Shown here piece after piece: positions 10,261 to 26,679 of a stretch of 64,000 bases of DNA (within the stretch, counting starts at the first letter, position 1; the number at the start of each line of letters is the position of its first letter). The notes beneath the pieces are model-generated. The model was not told where the DNA came from. It was given only the letters and a program-made list of their open reading frames with translations, and searched no databases. The DNA lies in NCBI RefSeq assembly GCF_009914755.1, contig NC_060937.1. The stretch is one strand, 5' to 3'. Source of the stretch: the human T2T-CHM13v2.0 reference genome, Homo sapiens. A program made the translations under genes and the position numbers.

Positions 10261-13200
10261 AGATTTTAGTATTTTAAAGTAATTTTAACTGGATGATTTT
10301 ATGCATAACTGCTTGCCCATTGGTTTTCTTCGTAAGAACAGAATTATTGTGCATTAGGTTGGCAGGACAATCACACGGCGTAACCTCACTCAAATTATCC
10401 ATTAATATCAAGAAATGTTTTACTAAATTCATCAAATTCAACACATATTTTTGGTGGCCGTAGCTTATGTTGTTTCAAGAAGCCAGCTCCTAAATGTGGC
10501 CAATAACCCGGTGGTCCCATTGGCCCAGTCATAGTATAATCTTTTTATTCCTTTGACTTATACTATTATTGGAGCTAGAAAAAATAAACAGCTTTAAAGT
10601 ATAGACTGGTCTTTTGGATTATAGTCAATTGTATGATTTAGAAGATTCTCTGGCTTCATCACACATGAAAAAATTTTAATATGTTTTTGTGGATTATCTA
10701 CCTGTTTAATTACTCTCACCAGTCTCTACTGAAATCAGCAGCCTTCCCCCCAATTCTGCATGTAATAAAAATGAATTCAACATTTGTCTAAATGAGGTAT
10801 AAATTATGCTTATAATTAAACTATCCAATATTTTTAATAATATATTCAAGTGTAAGCAATCAGTAATTTTGATAAAAGCAAAATTAAGAATATAGCATTT
10901 AATTGTAAATACTCTTTGGAAAGACTATAATAATAGTTCAGTTATAAGTACAATTGTAATGCAAAGTAGTAATTTTTTATTATGGCTTTGTCACAAATAA
11001 GGACTTATTGCTAGGTGAGAGAACACTTAATGTCTTGGTCTTAACTCTCCATCGTTGCTCTGTTCCACATCCACTACTTCCACTTCCACCTCTAGTTCAC
11101 TGTAGAGAGGCTCCTGCATATAAAGGGTTCTCTCTGTATTTCATAATTCCCAGTGAACATGCTCATTGTAATTTGCACATGTACTAATGTAATTTGTTTT
11201 CACTATTGCAAATACAGCCCTTTATGGGGGAAAATAATTGATTGCCATTGTATTTGGCTTATGAATAAATGCATTTTTGATTTTATAATTGAATTGTGAC
11301 TTGGCTTCTATTATATTGAAATAAAAAAATTCAATGGGAAGTTCCCTTCATCCACTGAATTTATTCGTACTTCTACATAACAGCTTCTCCCTCATCCCAT
11401 TTTTTTCACCTAAATGAACAGTATTGTTTGGCCCAAACATGTTTTTCTGCTTTGGTGTCATTGGTGCACAGTATTGACAGAAGGGTATCAAAGATAAGGC
11501 TGTGTGGGAAAATGATCCGTTGGCGGATTATCAGTAGGCCTGTGCCTGTGAACCTGTCCAGGAATGTATCACAGGAGCCATTTAAGCAGAGCTATCCCAG
11601 ATATGCTAGAAAATAAATGTTTTGTAATCTGTAAAACACAGATTAAAACTTTTTTCCCACGTTGAGGCACTAACACCCCAACACCTACTCCCAAATAACA
11701 TTTTATTTCTAGTCAAAAATTTGTCAGTGGAGGTACATCCTGTCTTTATGTACTAGTCTTATGATGTGAAAGAAACTGGAATAGAATAGTTCGCTGTTTT
11801 TGAACTATTGCTGTCAGCCAACAACAGACTGACAGCAGTGTGATAAACATGAATAACTGGATATTTAAATTATTCTTGCCTTGGTAAACTTTTTTTTCCC
11901 TAACTTACAGACACAGATTATGAGACACAAGGACATTCACAGGCTTGTCTCAAAGTGGACATGAGTTTGTAACTACACTCAGACATCATTGCAATGCCTC
12001 AAGAAGGTTAAATGAACTTCTAGGGATGTGATTCGATTCTTTCTTCCTACTGACTTGACTATAAGTTTGTTTCTGGTTTTGTTTTCAGCTTTAAACGAGG
12101 GGCACATATACTTTGTTCTTTTCCATGTCATTAAAGGGCGATTGATATTGATTATATGATACAGTAAGGGAAATTTTTCTGAATAGAAAATTAGAAACTC
12201 CTAATAAACCTTTTGATATTATATCATATGACTGAATTCTGGTGGCCCTTCAGAGGGTGGTTTAACAGCATATAATAATAGCACACTAAACCAAGATACA
12301 GAAGAAAACTAAGAGGCAATCTATAAAAAGAAGCTTCCAAATTGTGATGCAACATATATAGAATATTTAATAAAATGTATTTGTAATGTATAGAGTGCTT
12401 AAGAATTTTCAATGCAGTATTATTCTGTAGGGGTGAACTGATTGTAATTGTGTCTATATCATGGGTGAGGAGAAGAAATACACAAGCAGTCAAAGGACAC
12501 AAGTAGTGATAGGACCAGTGCAATTCAAATATTTTATGTTGGGTTAGAATGTACGCATATAGAGAACAGATTTTTCATTTATGGAACCAATTGGAAAAAA
12601 GTAAGAAACATAATGCAATATAAAAATACAATGTATTCATACATATAAAAATATGACACCTTTCACAAGCATGCATACAAACAAAATAATATACTTTAAG
12701 TAAATAAGAATGGTTGCTGCTGGTAGGAAGAAGGTGAAAATATGAACCAAGAGAACAAATGATAAGTTGCTATGAACAGACTCCTAGTCCCCTGACATAA
12801 AAAAATGAATCCTATAAAAATTACTCAGAAATGAAAGTTCTAATTACAAGGAAGTATACAATGAGATTATTTTTAAGGATCAGTTTTCTTAGTACAATTC
12901 TGAAGTAATGACTAAAAGGACAGTAAAATTCAAAGGAATAAGAAGAAAATAATAAGAAGAGCAAATAATATAAAGAATGACTGAAGGTCACTCAAAATAT
13001 ATATTAATTTAAAAATTATTAGTTGAACTTGTATTGTTTTAGACCTAAGAGACAAAAAATAATCAAGAAGACAAAAACAATCTTGTCTTCATTGGACTTA
13101 TATTCAAGTATAGTGACATTCCAAATTGTTTGTGTAATATAGTGGTAATGATGAAAAAATAGTTTATACAATAGAGCAAAATGTCAGAAAGCTATACAAA

Positions 13201-13339
13201 ACAATATTTTAAATTGTCATATTTTGGTAATGTCAACTTTTTTCCTAAGAGATTTTTATTGTTGTGTTTATAAATTAAACATTTATTAATTTGAAATAAA
13301 AAAGAAATAAAACTACGAATTTTAAAAAGTTATAAAGTA

Positions 13340-15860
<2,521 letters not shown>

Positions 15861-16054
15861 AAGGATAAAGTAAAAAAGTAGACCTAAGAAAATCAAAATA
15901 AATTTTACTTCAGTGTAGCACATATATGACAGTATGTAAATATAATTTACTGTAGTAAATAGTAGTAAAATATATTAAAATGTGTAATAACATCATTTTA
16001 ATAGAATGCCTTTAAGTGCATCCCACTTTATATTGGAGAGATGAATTAGCACTA

Positions 16055-16270
16055 TTTGAGTTCAGATATAGATTTTGTCACTTTTAACTGTGTAAATTTG
16101 GGAAAAATCACTTTTTTCTTTCTGTGCCCTAATATTATCATTTGTAAAGCAGTGATTCCAATGGTACCTACACTTAAAGGTGGTCAAAACTACTGAATAA
16201 TGAGAAATATAAAGCATTCAAAATGGGCCCTCATATTAGTCCTCAATAAATGATAGCTATTTTTATTATA
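16055..16270 (+). mobile_element. MIR
   Basis: Reads 'aactgtgtaaatttgggaaaaatcact...catttgtaaag...ctcaataaatgatagctattttt'. Confidence 0.65.
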
Positions 16271-17489
16271 TTATAGAATTATTTATAGGAGGTGTTAGAA
16301 TATATTTGGATAATTTGTATCAAAAGACTGAAACAGGAAATAGATTCTATTCATAAAATACTAAATAAATTATATTCTGAGGCTGGGAAATATTTACTTG
16401 ATCATTTCAAGTTAGTGGGAAAGTTTTACTGTATTTTATTATTAAATAATTGACATTGAGATTAAGTAGCATTCCTTACTTTATTTTAGGTGGTTAGCAT
16501 TGCAGAATGCAAGTCTTGGGTTCTTTCTAGTGCCAGAGATGATTGTTTCTCTTTGCAAAAACATTAGAAAACTCTGTCACAAGATTGTTATACAGTGTAT
16601 GCTGAAGAACATAAAAGTGTTTCTAAGCACTACTTTTCTGATTGTTCTGGTTTCGTTTAATCTGGAGAAGGTTTAGGTATTTTTCCTATGGGTGAGTTAT
16701 AAAGTTCATGGGTATCAGCCTATAAACTGTTACTGCTGCTGTAACAAGAACTGGCAAGCAGGTGGACACAGAATTAGGATTCGAGCTACCCCTGTCGTGC
16801 AGGCTCTCCCACGAGGCTGTCACTTCACATTGTGGATGTGAGATTTAGAGACTTAGGAAATGTCATGAAATGTGAATAAATGTTGCTTAATAGCAATCCC
16901 TATATTTTTGGTTGTATAACCGTCCTCTTTTTTTGATATTTCAGGAATAGTCAAGAACGTATTCAGTAATATAAAAGTTGTATTACTTTTCATATATTTT
17001 TTTCAGTTGATCGTTTTTTTGAAGAGAATGATAAATAAGGGTTTTTTTTTTAGATATTTTAAAGCCACAGATAAAACTGGAGTCTGGATAAATTAGTATA
17101 CAGATATCTAAGACTCAAAACTTTTTTTCTCTGTTTTTATTCTGTTTGTGATCCCTCGAATAAATATTTGGAGAAAAGAACATGTTGTCTAATGCCATGC
17201 ATTGATTGTGTACTATTCTTTTGGATCTGAGACATTCTAAATAATAGATCAGTTACCTTTGTTCTAAATGTGGGTCATTCTGTCTGTCTCAAAAAGGAAT
17301 CCATAGCTTTTTGAAGCAGGAGAAATTCTATTTCCTGGAACAACAGTAATGGCCAAGCCTTGTAGGATATGCTTTGTGAAATGAATTTGTAAATGGATGA
17401 TATTGAAGAGGATTCAGTTATAAAAGGAGTTAAGTGACAAAAGATGAGCAATGGAGCTAGGCAAGACAAATATGAAAGGGCTCAAATGG

Positions 17490-17660
17490 TATGGGTCAAG
17501 TAGTTAGGGGTGTAAGTTGGCAAATTACTTAACTTGCCTATGACTCATTTTTCTCAACTGTAACATGTTCCCTGTGTGAAAGAATTTTTGAGTGTTAAAT
17601 GAGTTGGTATATGTAAAACATGTAGAAGAGGGCCCGCTACATAGTAAGCACTATGCCAAT
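17490..17660 (+). mobile_element. MIR
   Basis: Reads 'ggcaaattacttaacttgcc...ttaaatgagttggtatatgtaaaac...catagtaagcact'. Confidence 0.7.
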
Positions 17661-18409
17661 TTTGAATATTTGAGTTGTCATTTTTGTTCTGCATATAGAG
17701 ACTGAGAATACTTTTGCACTGTGGGATCCTTTGCATGTTGGGACCCATGAGTGAAAGGCACTCTTGTTTCTTTGGTTGTTCAGACTGCTGAGCTAACCTG
17801 TCTTCCTTATATGATCTGTGAATATCACACCTGCAGCATTCTTGAAATAATTCTGGAATACAATTTTTAGGTCCAGAAGTTATGAGATGATTTCTCTGTT
17901 TTGATATCCTATCTGTTTTACTTTTGCAGTGCTATTTATATGTTTACTTCCAGATTTTCCAAAAGCCCTAGGGTTGCTGGTATAATAATGAATAAGATAA
18001 ATCAATGGATATATATGAAAAACATACCTACAGTATCAATAAGAAACGGGGCACAAACATTTGTATTAGAGAACATGGGGGTGGAATTTTTATCTTTTTA
18101 TTTAACTTTTATTTTAGGTTCGGTAAGTGGGAGTTGAGAAAGAGAGTGAGGTGATTTCATCCTAAGTTAAAATCAAAGGGGTGAGTTAAAACCACAGGGT
18201 CTTGGAATTAATCCCTAACTAGTTGGAGCTAGAAGTCATGTGGTTCAGATTTGGACAGTAGTGTTGGAGCCAGGTCAGGGTGATGGTTTAAACTGGGCCA
18301 AAGTATGCTATATCATCCTGTGAAAAGGAAAGAGCACCTGGAAGAAACCTTTGCCAGGCTTTGTAAATTATATTTTAGTAAAGTTGAGGTAAGGATAATA
18401 AAAGACTAT

Positions 18410-18774
18410 TGTTATGGTCTGAGTATTTGAGTTCCCCCAGCTTTCAGATGTTGAAATTCTAACCTCTAAAGTGATGGTATTAAGAGGTAGGGTCTTGGGG
18501 AGACAATTCAGTCTGAGGGTGGGGTCCTCATAAATGGGGTTAGTGCCTTTAGAAAAGAGGCCCAGAGCGCTAGCTCACCCTTTCTATCATGCAAAGACAC
18601 CTCAGTAAGGCACTGTTTTAGGACTCAGGAAATGGGCCCCTGCCAGACACTGAATCTGCTGATACCTTGATTTTGGACATCCCAGCTTCCAGAGCTGTGA
18701 GAAATAAATTTCTGCTCTGTATAAGCTACCCAGTTTATGGTAGTTTTTTATAGTAGCCCAAATGGACAAAAACA
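18410..18774 (+). mobile_element. MLT1A/MLT1A0 solo LTR (MaLR)
   Basis: TG...CA ends, 'ccagacactgaatctgctgataccttgattttggac...tgagaaataaatttctg', and TSD actat/actac. Confidence 0.9.
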
Positions 18775-19023
18775 ACTACTTATCCTAATCAATTCCTACA
18801 ACCATTATTGGAAGGCCAAAATCCCCCTAATTACCTTAGTGTGACTAAAGATGTTTGGTTAGGTCATTCAATTACCAACTATAGAAACCTTAGGAAGAAC
18901 TTCATTCAACACACACTCTCTTTTTGTCTCCTTCATTCTGTCTCTCTGCCTTTCTCTCACACACATATATAAACATAAATACACACACACATACTCAATC
19001 TTTCTCTTTTTTAAAAAAAAAAG

Positions 19024-19629
19024 TGTGAAAAGAAATTAAATTTGGGGACCCCAAAATTATTTAGCCAAAGGGAAAAGTCAAGCTGGGACCTGGGTCATGC
19101 AAACCTGCCTCCCCCTTTTGGTTCCTAAATAAGATGGCTATAAGATGAAAAGCAACATGCTTCCCCCATATTTTGCCCACTAGGAAATTCCTAGTGAGCT
19201 GTTAAAATTTCACCGTGGCAGTGCAAAGTCATAGCTTATCTTTGCAGGTGAGATCATCCCCAGCCCACCAGACACAAATGCATATCTGATTTTCTCTGCC
19301 CTGTTTTGTCTGTTATGTTTGACAAAGATACATCTGTTATCTTCGATTCCCTGCATTTTTCTTCTGCCCCCTTCTTTTATGTCATCTTATGTAAAAAATG
19401 CAGATTCACTGAGCCAGACAAAGGCATGCATGACTATTTTTCCCTACCCACCTCTTACATGAAAATTGTGTACTTCTCAATATCCCACCCTTTCTCCTTT
19501 AAATTTGGAGCCCTCAAAATCATCTTTGGAAAAAGGTACAGACCTGTCTCCCAAGCACACATCATTAACTTTTGCAAATAAATCTCCTAAAATGATTGAG
19601 ATTTGTCTTGTCATTTTGCTCAATTGACA
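19024..19629 (+). mobile_element. MER4-family (MER4B-like) ERV1 solo LTR
   Basis: Starts 'tgtgaaaagaaattaaatttggggacccc...gccaaagggaaaagtcaagctggg', has AATAAA near 19577, and ends 'attgaca'. Confidence 0.85.
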
Positions 19630-20739
19630 AAGGTAAAAATGAAACCAATAACAAATTTGATGCCCAGAGGTATGCATAACCAGAGTCACATATATCATTG
19701 TCTAGAATGCAACTTTCAAATTTCCAGGCATTTGTTATTTGTATTACACAAACTATGCTTTTTTACACCTCTTTCATATGACACTTAAGTAATATTTGCG
19801 AAGTGTAATAGTAGCAAGTGTAAATGCCATTTATAAAAAACTAAATGATTTAAAATACAATTTCTCTGCTGTTGATGACAATAGTTGGGTGGGGAATGAG
19901 AGTGTGTCAATTCCAAAATTTTCATTAAACTACTTAATTGATTTTGATTTTGCAGGATTTGCCGCCATAGTACATGATGAAAGCTTAATCAAAATGGTAA
20001 TAAACACTATTAATTTAGTTTCTGCCTTTATGTGCCAAGATAGTTTAAGAACTTTTCTAAAACATATGTTGTTTTTCTATACTGTTATTCTAATGGGCAT
20101 AAAAACTTTGAATGTCATCTTTTGTATGAGGCCATTATCATTTGTGTCTGATCAAAGTTCTCACTGATTTCATTAGATTTTCTATGAAATAATGATTGTC
20201 TCATATGGCTACAGAATTGTTCTTGGTGTGATTAGCTGTCTATGTTTGAACAGTATTATTTTATTTTGAGTAAAAATACACATTTTAAAAGAGAGTCTAG
20301 GGCAAACATATAAAAATATTTATAGAATCTAGGTGGTTATACATGATTAACTTTTTTTTTCAAATTGGTTACATGTTTGAAATTTTTACAGTAAAATTTT
20401 GGAGGGGAATCTGATACAGACACATGGTTAGCAAACTATATAATATTCTAGAACAACAGTATACAACTGATTTTTATTGGCTTCTGGGATTTTTTTTTAC
20501 TGCTGCATGTACACATTTTTGAAAATTGCTGCTAGCATTAGAATCATTGATAAGTAATATTTTTTCTTAAAGCAACACTAATTAGCATTTAGTTTAGCAT
20601 ATAGCAAATAATACTTATAGGAAATGTATATTTATGACTGCTATTGTAGTCTTTGTCACTGAGTAGCTTTGAGTAACTTTGGCAGAATTCTAAACTCTTA
20701 CAGTTTAAGTTGGGTACCAAACTACATGAGGACAAGGAG

Positions 20740-21086
20740 TGTTGCTGATAATGACATACCCAAGGCTAGGTAATTTACTAAGAAAAAGAGGTTTAATGGG
20801 TTCACACTTTCCATGTGGTTGGCGAGCCCTCACAATCATGGCAGAAGGTTAAAGGCACGTCTTACATGGCAGCAGGCAAGAGAGACAATGAGAATCAAGC
20901 GAAAGAGGTTTACCTTTATAAAACCATCCGATCTTGTGAGACATATTTACTACCAAGAGAACAGTGTGGGGGAAACTTTCCCCATGATTCAATTATCTCC
21001 CACTGGGTCCCTCTCACAACACATGGGAATTATGGGAACTACAATTCAAGACGAAATTTGGGTAGGGACACAGCCAAACCATATCA
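20740..21086 (-). mobile_element. THE1 (B/C-like) solo LTR with a small deletion near its 3' end
   Basis: Ends 'gggacacagccaaaccatatca'; TSD aggag/agggg. Confidence 0.9.
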
Positions 21087-21317
21087 AGGGGTATCTCTAT
21101 TGTTTACCAGTTGTTTTTCAACTTTAACACAGAACCTAAAATGGCAGTTTCTTATTCAACGTTTGTGGATTTTAAATTTGTAGATAATTTTTTTTCTTCA
21201 TGGCCATATATCAAGATATTTGGTACTTATGTTTCCAGGCACATAATAGGTTAATCAGTAAATGTACGATGAAGGAAGAAGGAAAGGAAAACCAAGCAAG
21301 CAAGAAAGAAAAGGAAC

Positions 21318-21440
21318 CAAACCCAGTGGCTCACACTTGTAATTGTAGCTACTCTGGAGGTTGAGGCAGGAGGATGGCTTGAGTCCAGGAGTACCAGACC
21401 AGACTGGGCAACATAGCCAGACTCTGTCTCATTAAAAAAA
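21318..21440 (+). mobile_element. FLAM (free left Alu monomer)
   Basis: Reads 'cagtggctcacacttgtaat...gaggcaggaggatggcttgagtccaggagt...gggcaacatagccagactctgtctc' plus an A tail. Confidence 0.8.
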
Positions 21441-23978
21441 GAGAGGAAGAGAAAAGAAAAAAAAAAGAGATGGAGAGAAAGGAGGAAAAGAAGGAAGGAT
21501 TGCTTTTTGCTTTGATTTTGCCATTGTCTATCTGGGAAACTAGTTAAATCCCCTCTGTCTATGCCCTCTCAATATGAGCTACTATTAAAAATTGAATTTA
21601 AATAAAAGTATTTTTCTTAATTCAAATCAACTGCCTCTTCTTTCCTCTTCCTTTTCTCATATGTTGCCCTAGATCAGAGAGAACACAGAATGTCATTAGT
21701 AAGCTAACGTTTATGCAATGTAAGGGTAATGGAAGAGGGAAGAACATTTCAGTAGGAAAACCATCAGTTTTCATGTGAATTGCTTTTTTGACTAGTATGC
21801 AAGCATTAAGTTTTAGTGAGGTGAATCATGTTAGAATTAAATCCCCTATATATTATTTGTGATGCTTAAAATTGTTTTCAAAAGCATTTCTATCTGGCTT
21901 TTCTAATATGTAGCACTTTTAACAATATATCCTGACTTAAATTGATCACACTGAAATTTAAATCAATGCATCTAATTGTGTATATCAACTACTATAGGCA
22001 ATGTGGTGCCTTGTTTGTTGTAAAAAAAAATGTAACAGGAAGAAAAACCAAGCTTCTACTTAGGTCATTGTTATTTTAGAGATAATGGTAAAGAGATTTT
22101 TAAAAATGTTAAATTTTGACCTCAGTGCCAGGGATCTTTTATAATAATTAGAAGAAAGAAACAGAAAGAGGTGGGCATTGCATGCCTACCTTACTAATAG
22201 TAAATGTCTGTATCCTCAGGGTTGACCCTCACCTCCCTACTCCACTACATACACAGTTACTTGTTCTACTTTTGTCGGGTTGTAAAACAAATTAAAATCT
22301 TTAGCTATGAATGCTGTGGTTGGCAGAGTTAGAGCAGTAGTAGTTCAAAGAATTCCATCTGGCAAGCAAGCTCTAAAAACAAAAATAAACCTTTTTCCAT
22401 CTCACAGAAGTCCAGAGAGAGAGATTAATTAAAGTCAATAGAGAAAAAAAAAAAAAAACAAAACACTTCCTAGTATTGTGATGATGTTGAGCTTTTTCCT
22501 ACCCTCTGATGACAAATTCTTTCTGTTTTTACACTTATGGTCTTTGATAAAACAATAGTCTCTTCAAGTAAAATTCAAACATTACAATATTTATAAATAA
22601 ATCTCCTTGCTGAACCCATATTTTAGGAATCTTAAAAGAGTTGACAATATGAATTCTGTCACATTTACATATTATACTCTTCTTTCTTATCCAGTTTTAA
22701 CTTCTGCACAGTCATTAATCTTTGGGGTTGGGTTTATTTTTATGTAAGGTTTAACATTTTTCTTAGTCTCTTGACACCCTGTAGCATTTGCTTACCACAT
22801 TTTTCCCTTTGAGCTCAAGTACTTATTTAAATGGCATGGATAGCACTAGATATCTCCCACACTATGAGGAAATTTGCATAAACACCCTTAGAAGCCTCTG
22901 AAGTTCTTGGTGAACATAACGTTGCTCAGGATAATAGGATGCCTGGACAATGGTTTGTCCTTTGATTCCTGACTTTTAGTTGTGGTTTCAGGATCACTTT
23001 AGAAGAACCTAAAATTCCTTTAGGTTTTTGTTTCTGTGAGAAGGAAAAAAAATGCTAAATCAAAGCTCCATAGTGTGCTTTCAGTTCTACATTTTAACAG
23101 ACACTAAAAGCCAAAGAACCAAACTGTCTCTGAAGTATTGTTGGGTAAGATAGCTGGGGAGGAGGGAATACTGACTGCTTTGTGGTGAAAAAAAGAAATC
23201 CAGGGATTCTTTGTGTTGAATGAGATAACATAGCCGTTACATGTTCTCTTACATGGCTAGGAAAAATGACTTTCTTCTCGACTTCTTTTCTTTTCCACCT
23301 CTTCCCTTACCTCACCTTATTGGCTCATTTGCTCAGTGGGAGAAAGAGTAGCTGTTATGCAAAGTCCATGATGTAGTGAGGAGAAAATCCTGAGGTTATA
23401 TTGTATTTTGTAAGATGGTTTTATGTCACCAAATGATGCACAACTGGCAGGATAATTCAGTCTGAAAAATGTATTTCCGTTGTTAAGTTACAAGAGTTCA
23501 GGAGAGTAATGATACTTTAACAGCATATGGTTTAATATATTTATTTTGTTTCTTGGTTTTATACACTTGCTTTGATTCAGGTTTTATTTTCATTTTAAAG
23601 TATTACGAGATTGTCAAAATATACTTTACATTTTTATTCCTGTTATTTCTAGCTTAAGTCTGCAGTGACTATTACAAAACTGTAAAGATATTTAAAGTCA
23701 CAAAGGCATTTGTTACACTTCACATTATACTCCAGTACCTCAGATCTTCCTCCCAGCACCACAGTATGGATTAAAATCATGGATCAATTAAAGTTCAGTT
23801 TACTTCCACAATATATCACATCAATACTATCAAGTTGCCTGTGGTGTTAGAAGAGGACTAGCAGTTCAGCATATTGGAAAATGGAAAAAATTCCTTTGTT
23901 TTCTTCTTCCTTTCTCAGTTTGAAAGTAAACCAGACTGTTTTACAGAAGTGAGCAAAGCTTAAATATGTTTTGATAGT

Positions 23979-26604
23979 TGTATTAGTCTGTTCTCATGCT
24001 GCTAATAAAGACATAACTGAGACTGGGTAATTTATAAAGGAAAGAACTTTAATGAACTCACAGTTCCACATGGCTGGGGAGGCTTCACAATCATGGCAGA
24101 TGAAGGAAGAGCAAAGGGACATCTTACATGGCAGCATGCAAAAAGAGCATGTGGAAGGAAACTCCCCTTTATAAAACTACCAGATCTCATGAAACTTATT
24201 CACTATCATGAGAACAGAAGAGGAAAGACCAACCCCATGATTTGATTGCCTCCCACGAGGTCCCTCCCACAACACAAGGCAGCTACAATTCGAGATTTGG
24301 GTGGGGACAGAGACAAACCATATCATTCCCTCCCTGGCTCCTCCCAAATCCCATGTCATCAGATTTCAAAACCAATCATGCCTTCAAACAGTCCCCCAAA
24401 GTCTTAACTCATTTCAGCATTAACTCAACATCCACAGTCCAAAGTCCAAAGTCTCATCTGAGACAAGGCAAGTCCCTTCTGCCTATAAGCCTTGTATTAG
24501 TCTGTTTTCATACTGCTGATAAAGACATACCTGAGACTGGCAAGTCATACCTGAGACATACCTGAGACTGGACGAAAGAAAGAGGTTTATTGGGCTTACA
24601 TTTCCACATGGCTAGGGAGGCCTCACTATCATGGTGAAAGTCGAGGAGGAGCAAGTTACATGTTACATGGATGGCAGCAGGCAAAGAGAGAGCTTGTGCA
24701 GAGAAACTCCCATTTTTAAAACCATCAGATCTCACAGGACTCATTCGCTATTAGGAGAACAGCACAGGAAAGACCACATAATACAATTACCTTTCACAGG
24801 GTTCCTCCCACAACATGTGAGAATTGTGGGAGTTACAATTCAAGATGAGATTTGGGTGGGGGCACAGCCAAACTATATCAAGCCTGAAAAATCAAAAGCA
24901 AGTTAGTTACTTCCTAGATACAACAGGAGTATAGGCATTGGGTAAATACAGCCATTCCAAATAAGAGAAATTGGCCAAAACAAAGGGGCTGTAGGCCTCA
25001 TGCAAGTCCGAAATCCAACAGAGTAGTCAAATCTTAAAGCTCTGAAGTGATTTCCTTTGACATCATGTCGCATATCCAGGTCACGCTGATGCAAGAGGTG
25101 GGCTCCCATGGCCTTGGGCATCTCTGCCTCTGTGCCTTTGCAGGGTAAAGGCTCCCACCTGGCTGCTTTCATGGGCTGGCATTGAGTGTGTCTGCAGCTT
25201 TTCCAGGTGCACAGTGCAAGCTGTCTGTGGATCTACCATTCTGGGGTCCGGGGAACCATGGGCCTCTTCTCACAGCTGCACTAGGCAATGCCACAGTGGT
25301 GTCTCTATGTGGGGGTTCTTACCCCACATTTCCCTTCCACACTGACCAACAGATGTTCTCCATAAGGGCTCCACCCCTACAGCACACCTCTGCCTGAACA
25401 TCCAGGCATTTCCATACATCCTCTGAAATCTAGGCAGAAGTTCCCAAACTCAGTTCTTGACTTCCGTGTACCCACAGGCTCAACACCACATGAAAGCTGC
25501 CAAGGCTTGAGGCTTGAACCCACTAAAGCCACAGTCCACACTGTATCTTGGCTCCTTTTAGCCACAGCCGAAACGCCTGGGATGCAGGGCACCAAATCCA
25601 AAGGCTGCTTATAGCAGGTGGGCCCTGGACCCAGCCCAGAAAACCATTTTTACCTCCTAGGCCTCTGGGCCTGTGATGAGAGGGGCTTCCATAAATGTAC
25701 CTGACATGCCCTGGGAATATTTTCCCCATTGTCTCAGTGGTTAACATTGATTCCTTGCTACTTATGCAAATGTCTGCCACTGGCCTGAATTTCTCCCCAG
25801 AAAATGGGTTTTTCTTTTCTATTCCATTGTCAGGCTGGAAATTTTCCAAACTTTTATGCTCTGCTTCCTCTCGAATGCTTTGCTGCTTAGATATTTCTTC
25901 CCCTGGATACCCTAAATCATCTCTCTCAAGTTCAAAGTTCTATGGATCTCTAGGGAAGGAGTAAAATGGTGCCAGTGTCTTTGCATAGCAAGAGTGATCT
26001 TTACTCCAATTCCCAACAAGTTCCACATCTCCATCTGAAACCACCTTAGCCTGGAAGTTATTATCTATATCACTATCAGCACTTTTATCAAAGTCTCTAG
26101 GAAGTTTCAAACTTTCCTACATTTTTCTATATTCTTCTGAACCCTCCAAACTGTTCCAACATCTGCCTGTTACCCAAATTTCCAAAGTTGCTTCCATATT
26201 TTCATGTATCTTTAAAGCAGCACCCCACTTTACTGGTACCAATTTCCTGTATTGCTCTCATGCTGCTAATAAAGACATACCTGAGACTGGGTAATTTATA
26301 AAGGGAAAGAGGTTTAATGGACTCACAGTTCCACATAGCTGGGGAGGCCTCACAATCATGGCAGAAGATGAAGGAAGAGCAAAGGGATGCCTTATATGAT
26401 GGCAGGCAAGAGAGAGCATGTGCAGGGGAACTCCCTTTTATAAAACCATCAGCTCTCGTGAGACTTATTCACTATCACAAGAACGGCATAGGAAAGACCC
26501 ACCCCCATGATTCAATTACCTCCCACTGGGTCCCTCCCACAACACAGGGGAATTATGGAGCTACAGTTTGAAATTTGGGTGGGGACACAGGTCAAATCAT
26601 ATCA
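23979..26604 (-). mobile_element. Full-length THE1 (THE1C/D-like) provirus: LTR 23979-24325, internal 24326-26247, LTR 26248-26604
   Basis: Perfect 5-bp TSD atagt (23974-23978 / 26605-26609). Paired LTRs flank an internal region homologous to 2900-4487. Confidence 0.95.
24493..24880 (-). mobile_element. THE1B solo LTR nested in the internal region of the outer THE1
   Basis: Perfect TSD agcct (24488-24492 / 24881-24885). THE1B-type 'gaggagcaagttacatgttacatggatggcagcaggcaaagagag'. Confidence 0.93.
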
Positions 26605-26679
26605 ATAGTTAATGGAACCTAAATCGTTCTCTATTATTCAATGTTTAATGAGTTGACAAATTGTTGTAGCAGGAGGGAC

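Noticed and set aside
19796-20167. 123-aa ORF outside recognisable repeats
   Set aside because: It has a non-ATG start, AT-driven composition, no recognisable domain and no gene context.
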